A stretch of DNA of 64,000 nt from contig JAUGWO010000150.1 in NCBI GenBank assembly GCA_049724395.1, positions 1 through 64,000 on the forward strand. Reading direction: 5' to 3'. Within the stretch, counting starts at the first letter, position 1. Each line of letters begins with the position of its first letter. The translations under genes were made by a program, and so were the position numbers. Shown one piece after another: positions 48,226-62,752 of the stretch. The notes under the pieces are model-generated. The model ran no database searches, was not told the DNA's origin, and saw only the letters and a program-made list of their open reading frames with translations. Origin of the DNA: Spongospora subterranea f. sp. subterranea (taxonomy: Eukaryota).

Positions 48226-50202
48226 TTATTTAGAACCAATCAACAACTTGACTGCCTTTTTGTCGGTTTTGCCCATGGCGTTTTTTGGAATGGTGTCCAC
48301 GACCCGAATTCGTCGCGGAAGTTTATATGGTGGCAATCGGGTACGCAGCCACTCCTTTAAAAATGGGACCGTAATATCGCCAACCACGACAGCTGCGATC
48401 ACGTCCCCAAAAACTATATGTTCGAGACCCACAACCGAGCACTCCTTAACGCCTATTCACCACAAAACTTAATTGGACAATTGTCGAAAATGTGGAAAAA
48501 AGCACTGTTACAGAACCGAAAACACAGATGTGAACACAGCTTAACACTTGAGAAACCACATTCCCAACCTTGACACGATAATATTTCGTTTTCAATATCC
48601 AGACACGATACTTTGTAGCCAGCGGTTTTGAGAATATCGGTGCTGGCTCTTCCCAAGATGCGATAATCCGACCCATCACGGCAACCGATATCTCCCGTCT
48701 TGAAGAACCCGTCGCTATCAAATGCGGCCGACGTCGCGATAGGATCGTCAAGATAGCAGGAGAATACTCCGGGTCCTCTAACACAAATCTCCCCGGATTC
48801 TTCGTCGCCATAGTTCCCTTGATTAATCAACTTCACCTTTCAAGTTATTTAGAATAGTGAAAGCGTTTGCACAGAATTCAGATGATAAAGCATAGGGGTG
48901 GGCACAAGTCGGTCAATGGTTAACCGGTCCGTTAATTAACCGGTTAATTTAAAATGTCCGATCAAACGGTTCCACCGACATGGATGGAAAGCGTGGCACT
49001 CAGCAAAAAATGAGAGAACACTGGCGACAAATTTACTAGTACCTCAACACCTGGCAACGCCCGTCCAACGTATCCAGGGCGACGTTCACCAACATAAGGG
49101 TTCGATAAAATCATGCCAGTCTCGGTCATACCATATCGTTCAAGTAATATGTATCCCGATATCGATGCCTGTGTGGGCACCATAAAGTCAGGCAATTCGT
49201 GCCTTAGCGCCAAGCCAGCGACAATCGTGTACCCAGCGTTGGAGGATAGATACATGTAACGCAGCACTACCGCTGATCATTAAACGAAACCGGCGACATG
49301 CCGAGCGGCAACGCTCTTGTTCGGCGCTATTCATCTGAACAGTAAATGTCAAAAACGACGCGGAGAAATGCCACGTTGATTTGCACTCTATCATATGCGT
49401 CGATCAGCATTGAGTACATTGTAGGAACGCCCATGAACACGTTGATAGTCTTATCGGTGAGGAAATGATCCCAGACAAGATTAGCATCAAATTTGGGCAC
49501 GAATGTGACACTGGCCCCATTCCATAGTGGGCACTCCAAAGCGTTGATGGTCCCGTGAATATGGTGCAGTGGAAGGCAATGAAGAATATGGTCATGGGCT
49601 GAAAGTTGCCAGGCCTCGGTTAAAGAGCGAACCTGGGCTTGTATATTCCCATGACTCAGGCAGACGGCTTTAGGGGCGCCGGTTGTGCCACTGGTGAAAA
49701 GGATTTGAGCAATGGTGTCGTCAGTGATAGCAACGGTAGGGTATTCGTCAGGATGTGCCGAATTTCCATTGAAATCTGAATAAATGACGGGAATTTGACC
49801 CGCAATAGCCTGGCAAAGGGAAGATTTTGCCTGATCGACAATGGCGCACGAAGCGCGCGATTGCTTTATGATCTGCAAGAGCTGATGTTCAGGGCATTTG
49901 TCGTGTACCGGAACGATGGCGCCGCCTGATCTCCAGATAGCCCAACGACTGGCAACATGCCATGGGCCTGGCGCTACGCAAACAACGACATGACGACCTG
50001 CCTGATCAACAGTTATGATAAAAACCTTTAGAAGTCCTCAATCAAGTACAAGGTTATGAGGAAACTGTCGTCGAAGGTGTCCAATATGGGCGTCAAGATC
50101 CTGTCCTGTGATTGTTTTGTTGACGCGGCATGGTAAATGCGGATTTGACCACGGCCATACTTCTGTCGACAGACACCGGATTGCCCGTGATCGGATAATC
50201 AT
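48226..50202 (-). CDS. ACSF3: Malonyl-CoA synthetase-like acyl-CoA synthetase (ACSF3/AAE13), probably mitochondrial
   Basis: FTSGTTGAPKAV, LPLHHIHG, FMGVPTMY, diagnostic ERYGMTE, FFKTGD, GRASTDILKTAGYKVS, PKNAMGK; Arg-rich N-terminus MIIRSRAIRCLST. Confidence 0.92.
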
Positions 50203-50836
50203 CACTCGGTCAATCCAATATACATGTGAGCGGTCAGCTCAATATTCAATCTGCGACAGTGTACGTTGCTACTGCAAATTTATCTCTGATTATTTGAGAC
50301 ATCGCCACATACTGTAAAGATTTCCTAATTTATTGTAAACTTCGGTCAGCGTTGAAGTAGCTGAATATTTGATTTGTCAAATGATGGTATTGTTTACGAA
50401 CTGATTATACCAGACCTCCAGAAACCCGTCTGGCACGGACAGAAATTAGCTGTTGTTAATGCCCAGTACGGACGCGTTCTTGTCCTATTCCAAAAATGCC
50501 TTCGGAGTCTGGTGGATCGATTGGTTCTCGATGCGCCAGCGAGTATCTGCAACTATTTGTACGTACGCACCCCGCAGCGGCCGTGATGCGCTGCCATTGA
50601 CAGCGTCAAACTCGGCAGCGTCCAGATAACCGCTGCCGTTAATCGGAACCGTAGTCTTCACATCCATCGTGACACGTTTCAAACAGGGGGGGGACTCTGC
50701 GCTCAGTGCTGGTATCGTATGGCAATAGTTTCTGCGAGGGTACGAGTGTGTGTTAAGAAACAGCAGGGGTTGCACTCTCACCTTTGACGACTCGTATTCC
50801 TAGTGCAATCACTGTGCTGACAGGTCTCACAACGAA

Positions 50837-53528
50837 ATGGACGTGGATACGACGTGGACCGGGGTGGATGGAGAAAATACCGAACCGATCCTGCATTATC
50901 AAGGTTTTTTTTTGGATCCCGTTATGTCGCAACGACATAATTGTAAATGCTGTGTTTCGTCAGCGTTCAACCAAGACGGATTCTTGCAGGCAAGTTTACG
51001 CGAATCTGGGGGCGCCACATGTTTCTGTATGTGCGGTAAACACGTTGTTGTTGGCACGCAAAATGGCGCTGTTCATGTCTTCAACAAACGTGGTGTCCGT
51101 GTCCGAACGTTCAAGTTGCAGAAGACTCCCATAAATGCTGTCGCTGTCGACGATAAGAATGAAACCGTATGCAAGTCGTAGTTATTTCAATTTGTTTCGT
51201 GAAACAGAACTGCGTTTGTACAGATCGCCGCGAGCTCGCTTGATGGGACCGTAATGGTCGCCGATATTCTTCGTTCCGATAAAGATCCATCAACGTATGC
51301 ATTTCGTGTCATTTTACCGGTGTTAATTGTTTTTCGATAGGTTGTACTTTGGTCAAACGATTTTTGCCCTGGCGTTTCGCCCGACTCATACATCGCTTGT
51401 TCGATCGATTGCGGTTGGCGGAGAGTCTGGCCAACTTATTTTAAACAGCAGCAATTGGTTCTCGAACCAAGATGTGGTGCTGCACAGTGGCGAAGGTTCG
51501 ATTTCGGCCATATCTTGGAGCGGTTTTATTATTGCGTGGACCAACGCCGTTGGAACGAAAGTACAGAGTGTTTGCGTTATCAACATTGGTTTATTCGCTC
51601 ATTTTTAACCAAGGTTTTTGATCTGGCTTCAAATGAAAGAGTTGCGTTTATTGCTCAAGAACGTCCTCATCCTGACTGCCCATGCTTTCTGTCGTGGATA
51701 TCCAATAGTATTCTCATAATAGCACAAGGGGATACCATACATGTTCTTCAAGTTTCTGGCTCAGTTGGCCATTTACTGTCCAAATTTCAGACTTCGTATG
51801 CGATACAGGGATGTGTTCCGTATGAGGGAGAACTCCTTGCAATACTGTCTCCGGGTCCAGCAATGCATCTTGTATCTATTGACAACAATACTCACACGAC
51901 ATTCCTTCTTCCACAGCCTGCAATGGGAGTTGTTCGTGGGGTAGCGCTGTTGCCAGGGTAGGTTTCTGGCGACGATATTGTCGGTTTCCTTATTTTTTTG
52001 TTAACATTAGGGTTGCGCTTTGCATCATTGTTCTGTTTAAAATTGACATTGGAGTTGCACGGCCTCGCGATGACGATGACCACATCGCGCACTTGCTTAG
52101 CCTTGGCAAAACGTATGATGCCATTAAGTTCGCATTGGATCCGGCAATCACTTTGCGCTATCATAACGTCGATGATCTCGCTATAATGCATTTAACCGAT
52201 TTGTTGGATAAGAAAAAGTTCGATGAAGTGGCGGATATTACTCCAAAGCTATTACAGCAAAACATGCCGTTGTGGGAAAAATGGGTTGTTTATGTTCACA
52301 GTGTCGATCTTCTCGTGGAAACTATTGCCAGGATCGTTCCTTGCGATGAAACCAATGCTCTTTCACCTATAATTTATGACATGGTTCTTACTCAAACTGC
52401 GCATCGCGACGCTGATCTTCTGTTAGATCTGCTCAGGAAATGGCCTCCTTTCCATTATAATCCAGACAAAGTGTTGAAGGCATGTCTGGAAGCTGAAGAA
52501 ATTGTCCAATCTTCTGCCTCATTTCCTTTCTGTCTCGCACAACTTTACAACAGAACTTCACAGCCCGCAGAAGCTCTCAAAATTTTGGTTTGCATTGGTA
52601 GTGAAGAGGTGTTTGACATTTTGTCGCGGCACAATGATTTACTTGAAGATGTTGGCATCAAGGAACTTGTCGCAATCTCTCCAGTCAAAGCTACTAATTT
52701 ATTGGTTCAGGTGAATATTTCACCACGAGAGGTTGTCGAGAAGCTTCAAGATTCGCGGCCTAATTTACATGCGTTTTTGAACGCGTTGTTCGAATTTGAT
52801 CGGTCGGCCGGCAGCCAATTTCACACAATGCAACTCAGCCTGTACGCTGAATTTCAACCAGATAGGTTGCTGCACTTTCTTCGGCAGTCCACATGTTATA
52901 GACTAGAAACCGCTCTTGAGGTTTCTCAGCAGCACCTCCTCGTTGATTGCCAGTTGTATCTTCTTAAGCGAATGGGCAACAACATGGCTGTGCTTGACCT
53001 ACTCGTCGAAAGCAATGATATTGCCGGTGCTATTGATTTCGTAGAGGAAGTAAAATCGAAAAGGCTTAAGTCTCACCTATTTACATTATTGCTCGCTACA
53101 AACGAACGAATCACGGCAGCACTGACGCATTTGAGGAGGGGTTTTATTGATCCTATAGCGTTCATACTCAACGTCCCAGATGATGCTGTCATTGACGACG
53201 TAAGGTTTTTCAACTCTTGGACGTAACGGCTCTAACATCAATCTAGATCAAACGCAAAATGTCTGCACTTATTTCGGGTTATCTAACGGAAATATCCGTT
53301 CAAGAAATGTGCAAAAAAATTATTCGCATCGACTGTGTCCAGCTATTATTGCAGGTTCAACGAGTGCAATCATCGGCGATTGTCATCGATCCGCTGTCGC
53401 CAACATGTTGTCCAGGGTGCGATCACCCGGTATTCGACCAGAGATCGGACCTAGCAATATCTGGCTCGTTAATTGTCCAGCATGCTGAATGTGTTTCTGG
53501 TCCACCTCCCCCCAGAATACATCGTTAA
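50837..53528 (+). CDS. VPS41: HOPS subunit VPS41 (multi-exon)
   Basis: EPILHYQ, N-terminal WD-like region (LHSGEGSISAISW, IAWTNAVG), clathrin-repeat region (LYAEF..LLHFLRQS..Y.LE.ALE..YLLKRMGN), degenerate C-terminal RING. Confidence 0.88.
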
Positions 53529-53592
53529 ATTGTTCATGTCATTATTTGAGTCAACGTATGCCATCAGTCCCCGGCAATGTTCGCGCAGAATA

Positions 53593-54701
53593 ATGTTCAA
53601 GAAGCGCGCTAAGCGGCCTGGAGCGCAGCGCGACGATTCGCAATTACATGCCGAGGCGTCGGGTGATGGCGACGCCGAGCCCGCCCATAAGCGAAAAGGT
53701 GCTAAATCTGGCCCCATAGATGATAGCAAATTTCGGATAGATCGCGAACACCATTCGACAATGACCGCCGTTGGTGAATCAACTAGTCCGGACGCCCTGT
53801 TATTGATGTCAATTACATAGACGGTATCATCATCAGATAGGAACGCTACCGTTCCTACCGAGATAGATAAACCAGTTTCCCGAGGGCTTACAGACAACAG
53901 CGCCAGCGATGCCTCAGGGTCCACAATTTTGTATAAGGGAATGCAGAAAGAAGCAAACCCTTTCGGGCCAATGAAAGCTCCAGCCAATATTCGTGTAGTG
54001 ACCAGGTACTTGAACGCTTACTTTTCAAAGGGTAGACTTTTAATTTTTCTGGTATTTAGAATTGATTACCAGCCAGATATCTGCAAAGACTACAAAGAAA
54101 CTGTAAAGATGCAATCGATATTCTGTTAATGTTGAGTAATCATTGATATTCAGGGATATTGTGGTTATGGAGGTATAATTGCGTATTGAATACAATCACC
54201 TTTACTAAATAGCTGCAGAGAGCTGTAAATTTCTTCATGACCGGGGCGACTATAAAAGCGGTTGGCAGATTGATAAAGAATGGGAGGCCGAACAAGCTGC
54301 AAAGGCCAAAGGTGGTTCAGGTGCCTCTAACACTCTTTCATCAAAATTACTTTATCCATAAGTATTCTTGTATAGGAGAGACGGAAAATTGGGAGATTCA
54401 TGAAGAAGATGAAGAAAAGTTCCCGTTTGCATGCTTCATCTGCCGTAAGGATTTTGTTGACCCAGGTAATTTTCTATGGTTTATCAAATTTATAATGAGG
54501 ATGTTAACATGTGTCACAGTTGTCACTCGATGTCAACACTATTTTTGCCAAAGCTGCGCTCTGACGAGGCACTCTAAGAAGTCGAAAAAGTGTGCAGTTT
54601 GTTCAACGCAAACACTGGGAATTTTCAATACTGCGACGCAATTAATTAAACGCATTGCAGAGCGTGACGCACAAGTGGGCGTCGAGGTCGATGATCAGTA
54701 A
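53593..54701 (+). CDS. CWC24: Pre-mRNA splicing factor CWC24/RNF113A (CCCH plus RING; multi-exon with a ~19-nt micro-exon)
   Basis: [81 protein letters not shown]. Confidence 0.96.
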
Positions 54702-56050
54702 GCTACACGAAGAGTTGCTTAGAGCTACATTATGGCAAATAATTGGTTAATTTAATATCCCCAAAACATGTTTCCGTATTTGAAGAAAGTGCGTTTTTGT
54801 TTTAGAAAACCATACACCTAAATTAACGGCAATTATGTTTCCCGCCTGAGATTGTTCGTGCATTCGTCGAAAACGTTCAATGCTTTCTGTTTCCTCCAAT
54901 TGTGGTGTCAAAACGGCCTCCCCCCGGCACCGCTCAATGCGACGGATTCGGCCTCCGTTAGTAGACAAGGCAAACACACTTGGCGCCGGCTCAACCAACT
55001 TAATGGGCCTCCGTTCAATAACAGCACGAATTCATTTCAATCGACCGTCGTGGCTCCGCGCAGCGACAGCCGGCGTCCGCATATCCCAACGGCCAGTAAC
55101 TCGGCCTTGCCGCGAGGGCTCCCGCCGAATCAAATACCGGTGTTGATGGTAATCCACTTGATCGCCTTCACGTGGCCTTTAGTTGGGTGCCGCCGACGCC
55201 ACGACATGCACCACGTCTCGTTCGACAAATAGGATAGAGCCCCGATAGCGCGTTGGGGGGACGATACAGGGAGTTCCCATCCGGAGCGCGAGATGACCGA
55301 TCCTGCTGTGGCCGGCCTCTCGTAGAGCTTGCAGTCGAACATGTTCAATCACCTCTATGCAACTTCACGCCTTTTGTGATGACGTCAGCGTTCGAGACTT
55401 CCGAGCGCCATCGGCTATATCCGTCGTGCCGCTTGATACCGTCAATCGATGTCACGCCAGGAGTGCATTGCATTGTCTACTACGGAGGCCAAGTACGTGG
55501 AAGTGAAACAGTGTCTTGCGGGAACGATTTGATCATTTATATTCCCTGTTGAGGCATTAACCCCATAAAGTGCCAAACCATGTTCATGCCAATCAATCAC
55601 ACAAAGAGTTTTCCTGTGTCATCTCAGACAGTCGGAAACACGATCAGTGATTGACTGGGCGACATATGCCAATTGTCAACCAACCCAACCTAACAAGTCG
55701 ATTTACGATACCAATACCTGCTGAGCACCAGGAACAAGGCGTATCGCCAACACCACTGACACTGTAACGGAACCACGGATTCTGGATAGGAACAGTCAAT
55801 ACGAATAATCTTTTTACAGTGTAGGCCCAAAATGGGCAACCTGTGGGCGACAGCATGACTCGTAAAATTACACTGTTACAGTAGCGTTATACAGGACGTA
55901 ACCCACCAACCCAGCCAACCCCACCTCCGGCCACTGCAGTGTCAAGTGTAAAAAGTGCGCGCAGATTGATCATGACTTGACCCCGACCGATGCTGTAGGC
56001 CAACTGGTGTTTGATTCTATTACGTCATTACCAAAACTGACGAATTCGTG

Positions 56051-59047
56051 ATGTTCGATAATTGGACATTACTTGAAGTAATATCGACCTCCCTTGCGGG
56101 AGGTCTTGTATCAGCGCTTTTCGCCATTATATATGCGTACCAGGTCCTAACGATCAAGATAGACAAGACCCGATACCCTAAGGCGTATACAGCTTACATC
56201 AAGATCCAAGAAGGAGCCCAAGCCTTTCTCAAGGCCGAATTCACCCTCATATTTGGTTTCGTTATTATTGTCGCTTTGGGATTGTTGATTGTCGGTTGGC
56301 AAACATCGCTGTCTTTCGTAATTGGCGCTTTCTTATCGGCCGCAACTGGGTATTTAGGTAATCAAGCATGTCGTTTTCCCTTCTTCGTTCACACATTAAA
56401 TTTGAAATATTTACGTTCAGGCATGTCCATTGCAGTTCGTGCCAATTTCCGCACAACCCTGGCGTGTGCAGGGCCAAACCCTTTAAGCACTGGTCTGCGA
56501 GTTGCTTTCAAGGTATATACTCAGTACTGAGAATCCTGTAAGAATCCCCAGTCTCAATCCGTTAATATAGTCTGGAGCGGTTATCGGCTTAACTGTTGTT
56601 GCCACCGGTATTCTCGGTGTCTCACTACTGTTTTGTGTGTTCTACTCGCTAACCAAATATGACGCCCACATTGCCTGGAGATGGATGTCCGGATTCGCTG
56701 TTGGCGCTTCTAGCATTGCTTTGTTCGCCCGCGTTGGTGGAGGTATTTATACTAAAGGTACGATAGGATCCACTACTCCACCTCTTTACAGAATTTCATT
56801 CGTATTCGTTCGATAGCCGCCGATGTCGGTGCCGACTTGGTTGGAAAGGTTGAAGCTGGACTAGAGGAGGATGACCCTAACAATCCTGCTACCATTGCTG
56901 ATAATGTCGGAGACAACGTCGGCGATGTTGCTGGAATGGGCAGCGACCTGTTCGAGAGTTTTGTTGGCACAATCATCGCGGCAGGAACACTCAGCCGATC
57001 GTTCGTTGAGTCAGAGTTCGTCCGTGAGTTTGGTGTTTACGAAGAGCTTACTGCCGCTGCATTCCCGCTTTGGATCTCTGGTCTAGGCGCAATCTGCGCG
57101 TTGGTCTCCACCGCTCCTGCTTTATATTGTCAATATTTACTTTCGTTGCCATAGCGTTGTTGGCACTATGCTGATTCGAACATCGTCTAAAGTTACGCCA
57201 CCTCGACCTCCGGCTCCTGGCGCCGACGAAATGGCTCAATTTCAGCACGAGGAGTTGCTTCGTAAGCATAACGAGAACGTCCTGGGTTCTTTGTTAGGAT
57301 CAATGCGTATTGGTGTATACGGTAGGAGTTGTTAGCGACCTTCTTGTTTTAAGGCTGACTTTGACTCAGGTGCGTCTGCCATGGTCCTGGGAACGTCAAT
57401 CCTGGTGACGTACGTAACGTTTGGGTTGAATGGCCTCGGATGGCGTCTGTACAGTTGCATAGTCGTCGGTGTAATCGTTGGCAATCTGATTGGATATTGT
57501 ACCGAATACGCTACCAGCTACACATGTATGTTGTTTCAATCTCTGTTGCGCTTTCTTTGCGGCAAACGTTGCATATCGCTCTCGGTTTCGGAACGATATT
57601 CAGTTGATGACATTCCGTCGCGACAGATTGGCCAACGCAATCGATTGCTCGTAAATCCGATACCGGCCCAGCTACTGTTATAATTCAGGGTCTGGGGGTT
57701 GGTATGCTCAGTTGTATTCCTCCAGTTTTGTCCATTGTGGCTGGTATATTGGCCGCCAATGCACTTGCTGGTGTTTACGGGATTGCCATCGCCGGTGTTG
57801 GCATGCTTTCCACACTATCGGTATCGCTTGCCGCAGATGCATTTGGGCCTGTCTGTGATAACGCAGGTTTGTTGACATCCCATATTTGTCAATTGGTGGG
57901 TTAAAGTGCTCGTTTTAGGTGGCATTGCAGAAATGGCTGAAGAAGAATTTAATGATTCCGTCCGTGAAACAACTGATGCACTCGATGCTCTTGGTAACAC
58001 CACAGCCGCTACCGGTAAAGGTTTTGCTATTGGCTCTGCCGTTCTCGCCGCAGTTGCTCTGATGGCTGCTTTCGCTAATGAAGCTAATCTCGCCGCACAA
58101 TCCGTCTCCTTACTTGATCCCGTTGTGTTCCCCGGTATTTTGCTTGGTGCACTCATGCCGTTCGTTTTTGCTGCTCTCACAATGCTCTCAGTGCGTTGTG
58201 CCTTAGTCTGTGCGATTTTATATCGCTGACGGTTTCTGCTGTAGGTCGGTAAAGCGGCCGAGTCTATCATGTGGGAAGTACGACGCCAAATCCACGACGA
58301 AAACATTCTGAACGGTGGCGTTGCCGACCATACACAGTGCGTTATGATTGCGACAAACGCCTCCTTGCGGGAAATGGTTCCTCCTGGTGTCATTGCTGTT
58401 TTTGCTCCAGTAATCGTCGGGTACTTTCCTCACCTGCGTTATCGATGCAATGTTCGTTTATCGTTGATTTTAGATTCGGCCTTGGCTCTAAGGGCCTTCT
58501 CGGAATGTTGGTCGGCACCATTGCTTCTGGTTTCCTTTTAGCTGTTACAATGTCCAACGCCGGAGGCAGTTGGGACAACGCTAAAAAATTCGTTGAGAAA
58601 GGAAATCTCAATGGACCCGGTGTCTTTAAGGGCAAAAAGACGTCCAATCACGATGCCGTCGTTGTCGGCGACACTGTTGGTGACCCGTTTAAGGACACCT
58701 CCGGACCTGCTTTGAACCTCCTTATCAAACTTATGTGTGTTGTTTCGCTGGTCCTTGCTGATAAGGTACAGCAAGTTAATTTTCATAATGGAAAACATAT
58801 CTGAATATGTTGTCAGTTTTCTGAGACCCCTTGGGCACATTGGCGAATTGCAGCGGTTGCAGCGGCAATTTTGATGGCGAGCCTGTTTGTTTTGTTCTTT
58901 TTTATGGTGCATTTTTCCAGACGTGAGCAAAACGCACGCCAGGTCACACTAGAAGAACGACGACAGCGTCAGAAAGTGGTGGATGTTCCGTCTGATATCG
59001 TCATTAATGGTCATGGTATTGAAATGTCACCGCCTGTAGATGCGTGA
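56051..59047 (+). CDS. Membrane-integral ion-translocating pyrophosphatase, K+-dependent type (multi-exon)
   Basis: [77 protein letters not shown]. Confidence 0.97.
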
Positions 59048-59122
59048 TTGTTAGACCCTGATCTCATTGATATCTATTCTAATACACACCTCTAAACCTC
59101 ATTCAGTAAATAAACATGTCTC

Positions 59123-62100
59123 AGCTAAACGATATGTGTATGGCATGATGGTAACAGATCCTCATTCATCATGTGGTGTAACAGCTAAACGATATGTGTA
59201 TGGCATGATGGTAACAGATCCTCATTCATCATGTGGTGTAACAGCTAATCGATATGTGTATGGCATGCTGGTAACAGATCCTCATTCATCATGTGGTGTA
59301 ACAGCTAACAGTTAATCGATATGTGTATGGCATGCTGGTAACAGATCCTCATTCATCATGTGGTGTAACAGCTATATCGATATGTGTATGGCATGCTGGT
59401 AACATCATCCTCATTCATCATGTGGTGTAACAGCTAATCGATATGTGTATGGCATGCTGGTAACAGATCCTCATTCATCATGTGGTGTAACAGCTAATCG
59501 ATATGTGTATGGCATGCTGGTAACAGATCCTCATTCATCATGTGGTGTAACAGCTAATCGATATGTGTATGGCATGCTGGTAACAGATCCTCATTCATCA
59601 TGTGGTGTAACAGCTAATCGATATGTGTATGGGCATGATATGTGGTAACAGATCATTCCTCAGCTAATCGATATGTGTATCATGCTGGTAACAGATCCTC
59701 ATTCATCATGTGGTGTAACAGCTAATCGATATGTGTATGGCATGCTGGTAACAGATCCTCATTCATCATGTGGTGTAACAGCTAATCGATATGTGTAAGG
59801 CATGCTGGTAACAGATCCTCATTCATCATGTGGTGTAACAGCTAATCGATATGTGTGTATGGCATGCTGGTAACAGATCCTCATTCATCATGTGGTGTAA
59901 CAGCTAATCGATATGTGTATGGCATGCTGGTAACAGATCCTCATTCATCATGTGGTGTAACAGCTAATCGATATGTGTATGCTGGGCATGCTGGCATGCT
60001 GGTAACAGATCCTCATTCATCATGTGGTGTAACAGCTAATCGATATGTGTATGGCATGCTGGTAACAGATCCTCATTCATCATGTGGTGTAACAGCTAAT
60101 CGATATGTGTATGGCATGCTGGTAACAGATCCTCATTCATCATGTGGTGTAACAGCTAATCGATATGTGTATGGCATGCTGGTAACAGATCCTCATTCAT
60201 CATCCTCATTCATCATGTGGTGTAACAGCTAATCGATATGTGTATGGCATGCTGGTAACAGATCCTCATTCATCATGTGGTGTAACAGCTAATCGATATG
60301 TGTATGGCATGCTGGTAACAGATCCTCATTCATCATGTGGTGTAACAGCTAATCGATATGTGTATGGCATGCTGGTAACAGATCCTCATTCATCATGTGT
60401 CATCTGGTGTAACAGCTAATCGATATGTGTATGGCATGCTGGTAACAGATCCTCATTCATCATGTGGTGTAACAGCTAATCGATATGTGTATGGCATGCT
60501 GGTAACAGATCCTCATTCATCATGTGGTGTAACAGCTAATCGATATGTGTATCGATATGTGTGGCATGCTGGTAACAGATCCTCATTCATCATGTGGTGT
60601 AACAGCGATATGTGTATGGCATCGATATAATCATGTGTATGGCATGCTGGTAACAGTCGATATGTGTATGGCATGCTGGTAACAGATCCTCATTCATCAT
60701 GTGGTGTAACAGCTAATCGATATGTGTATGGCATGCTGGTAACAGATCCTCATTCATCATGTGGTGTAACAGCTAATCGATATGTGTATGCTGGGCATGG
60801 CATGCTGGTAACAGATCATTCATCATGTGGTGTAACAGCTAATCGATATGTGTATGGCATGCTGGTAACAGATCCTCATTCATCATGTGGTGTAACAGCT
60901 AATCGATATGTGTATGGCATGCTGGTAACAGATCCTCATTCATTCATCATGTGGTGTAACAGCTAATCGATATGTGTATGGCATGCTGGTAACAGATCCT
61001 CATTCATCATGTGGTGTAACCGCTAATCGATATGTGTATGGCATGCTGGTAACAGATCCTCATTCATCATGTGGTGTAACAGCTAATCGATATGTGTATG
61101 GCATGCTGGTAACAGATCCTCATTCATCATGTGGTGTAACCGCTAATCCTCACCGCTAATCGATATGTGTATGGCATGCTGGTAACAGATCCTCATTCAT
61201 CATGTGGTGTGTACATGCGATATGTGTATGGCATGCTGGTAACAGATCCTCATTCATCATGTGGTGTAACAGCTAATCGATATGTGTATGGCATGCTGGT
61301 AACAGATCCTCATTCATCATGTGGTGTAACAGCTAATCGATATGTGTATGGCATGCTGGTAACAGATCCTCATTCATCATGTGGTGTAACAGCTAATCGA
61401 TATGTGTATGGCATGCTGGTAACAGATCCTCATTCATCATGTGGTGTAACAGCTAATCCTGGCATGCTGGTAACAGATCCTCATTCATCATGTGGTGTAA
61501 CAGCTAATCGATATGTGTATGGCATGCTGGTAACAGATCCTCATTCATCATGTGGTGTGCTAATCGATATGTGTATGGCATGCTGGTAACAGATCCTCAT
61601 TCATCATGTGGTGTAACAGCTAATCGATATGTGTATGGCATGCTGGTAACAGATCCTCATTCATCATGTGGTGTAACAGCTAATCAGATCCTCATTCATA
61701 TAACAGCTAATGTATGTGTGGCATGCTGGTAACAGATCCTCATTCATCATGTGGTGTAACAGCTAATCGATATGTGTATGGCATGCTGGTAACAGATCCT
61801 CATTCATCATGTGGTGTAACAGCTAATCGATATGTGTATGGCATGCTGGTAACAGATCCTCATTCATCATGTGGTGTAACAGCTAATCGATATGTGTATG
61901 GCATGCTGGTAACAGATCCTCATTCATCATGTGGTGTAACAGCTAATCGATATGTGTATGGCATGCTGTGTATGATCCTCATTCATCATGTGGTGTAACA
62001 GCGATATGTGTATGGCATGCTGGTAACAGATCCTCATTCATCATGTGGTGTAACAGCTAATCGATATGTGTATGGCATGCTGGTAACAGTAATCATGTGG

Positions 62101-62412
62101 TGTAACAGCTAATCGATATGTGTATGGCATGCTGGTAACAGATCCTCCATCATGTGGTGTAACAGCTAATCGATATGTGTGGCATGCTGTAACAGCATTC
62201 ATCATGTGGTCGCTAATCGATATGTGTATGGCATGCTGGTAACAGATCCTCATTCATCATGTGGTGTAACAGCTAATCGATATGTGTATGGCATGCTGGT
62301 AACAGATCCTCATTCATCATGTGGTGTAACAGCTAATCGATATGTGATGGCATAACAGATCCTCATTCATCATGTGGTGTAACAGCTAATCGATATGTGT
62401 AAGGCATGCTGC
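59123..62412. repeat. Tandem array of a 60-bp unit, about 55 copies
   Basis: Unit aatcgatatgtgtatggcatgctggtaacagatcctcattcatcatgtggtgtaacagct repeated head to tail, with scattered partial units. Confidence 0.98.
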
Positions 62413-62752
62413 TACCGCTTTACAGTCGCACCGTAACAACCTTCGCTTGATAAACTTTCAATGTGTTGAATGCCTGCACCTTTAGCGACCATTTTTATCG
62501 CTTTGATGTCCAAAATAGAATTCTTATCGTCGCTTGCAAACTTTGGTTAACCTTCAATTTCCGAAAACCCTGTAAAGACTCAGTTGAATGACTTTTCATT
62601 CATGTTCCAAAAACGCCAAATCCTACTGCAGTATTTTAACAAACATTGGTATTTTAACAAACATTGGTCAGTAGCAACAAAGAACGTGATGGAGTACGTT
62701 TCAACTGGTCAACTTATTAACATTAAAAACCGGTTTATCGCAATGTGTGGGA

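Noticed and set aside
54750..55900. Overlapping short ORFs in a GC-richer intergenic stretch
   Set aside because: No recognisable domain or coherent exon chain.
59096..59180. C/D box snoRNA on the minus strand (ATGATGA ... CTGA) at the array edge
   Set aside because: No convincing terminal stem or rRNA guide complementarity seen; CTGA is absent from the repeated units.
59123..62412. CRISPR array, or repeat protein (YVYGMLVTDPHSSCGVTANR)n
   Set aside because: There are no unique spacers and no cas genes, and the context is eukaryotic. One open frame in six is unremarkable for a 60-bp unit, and the frame is repeatedly broken.
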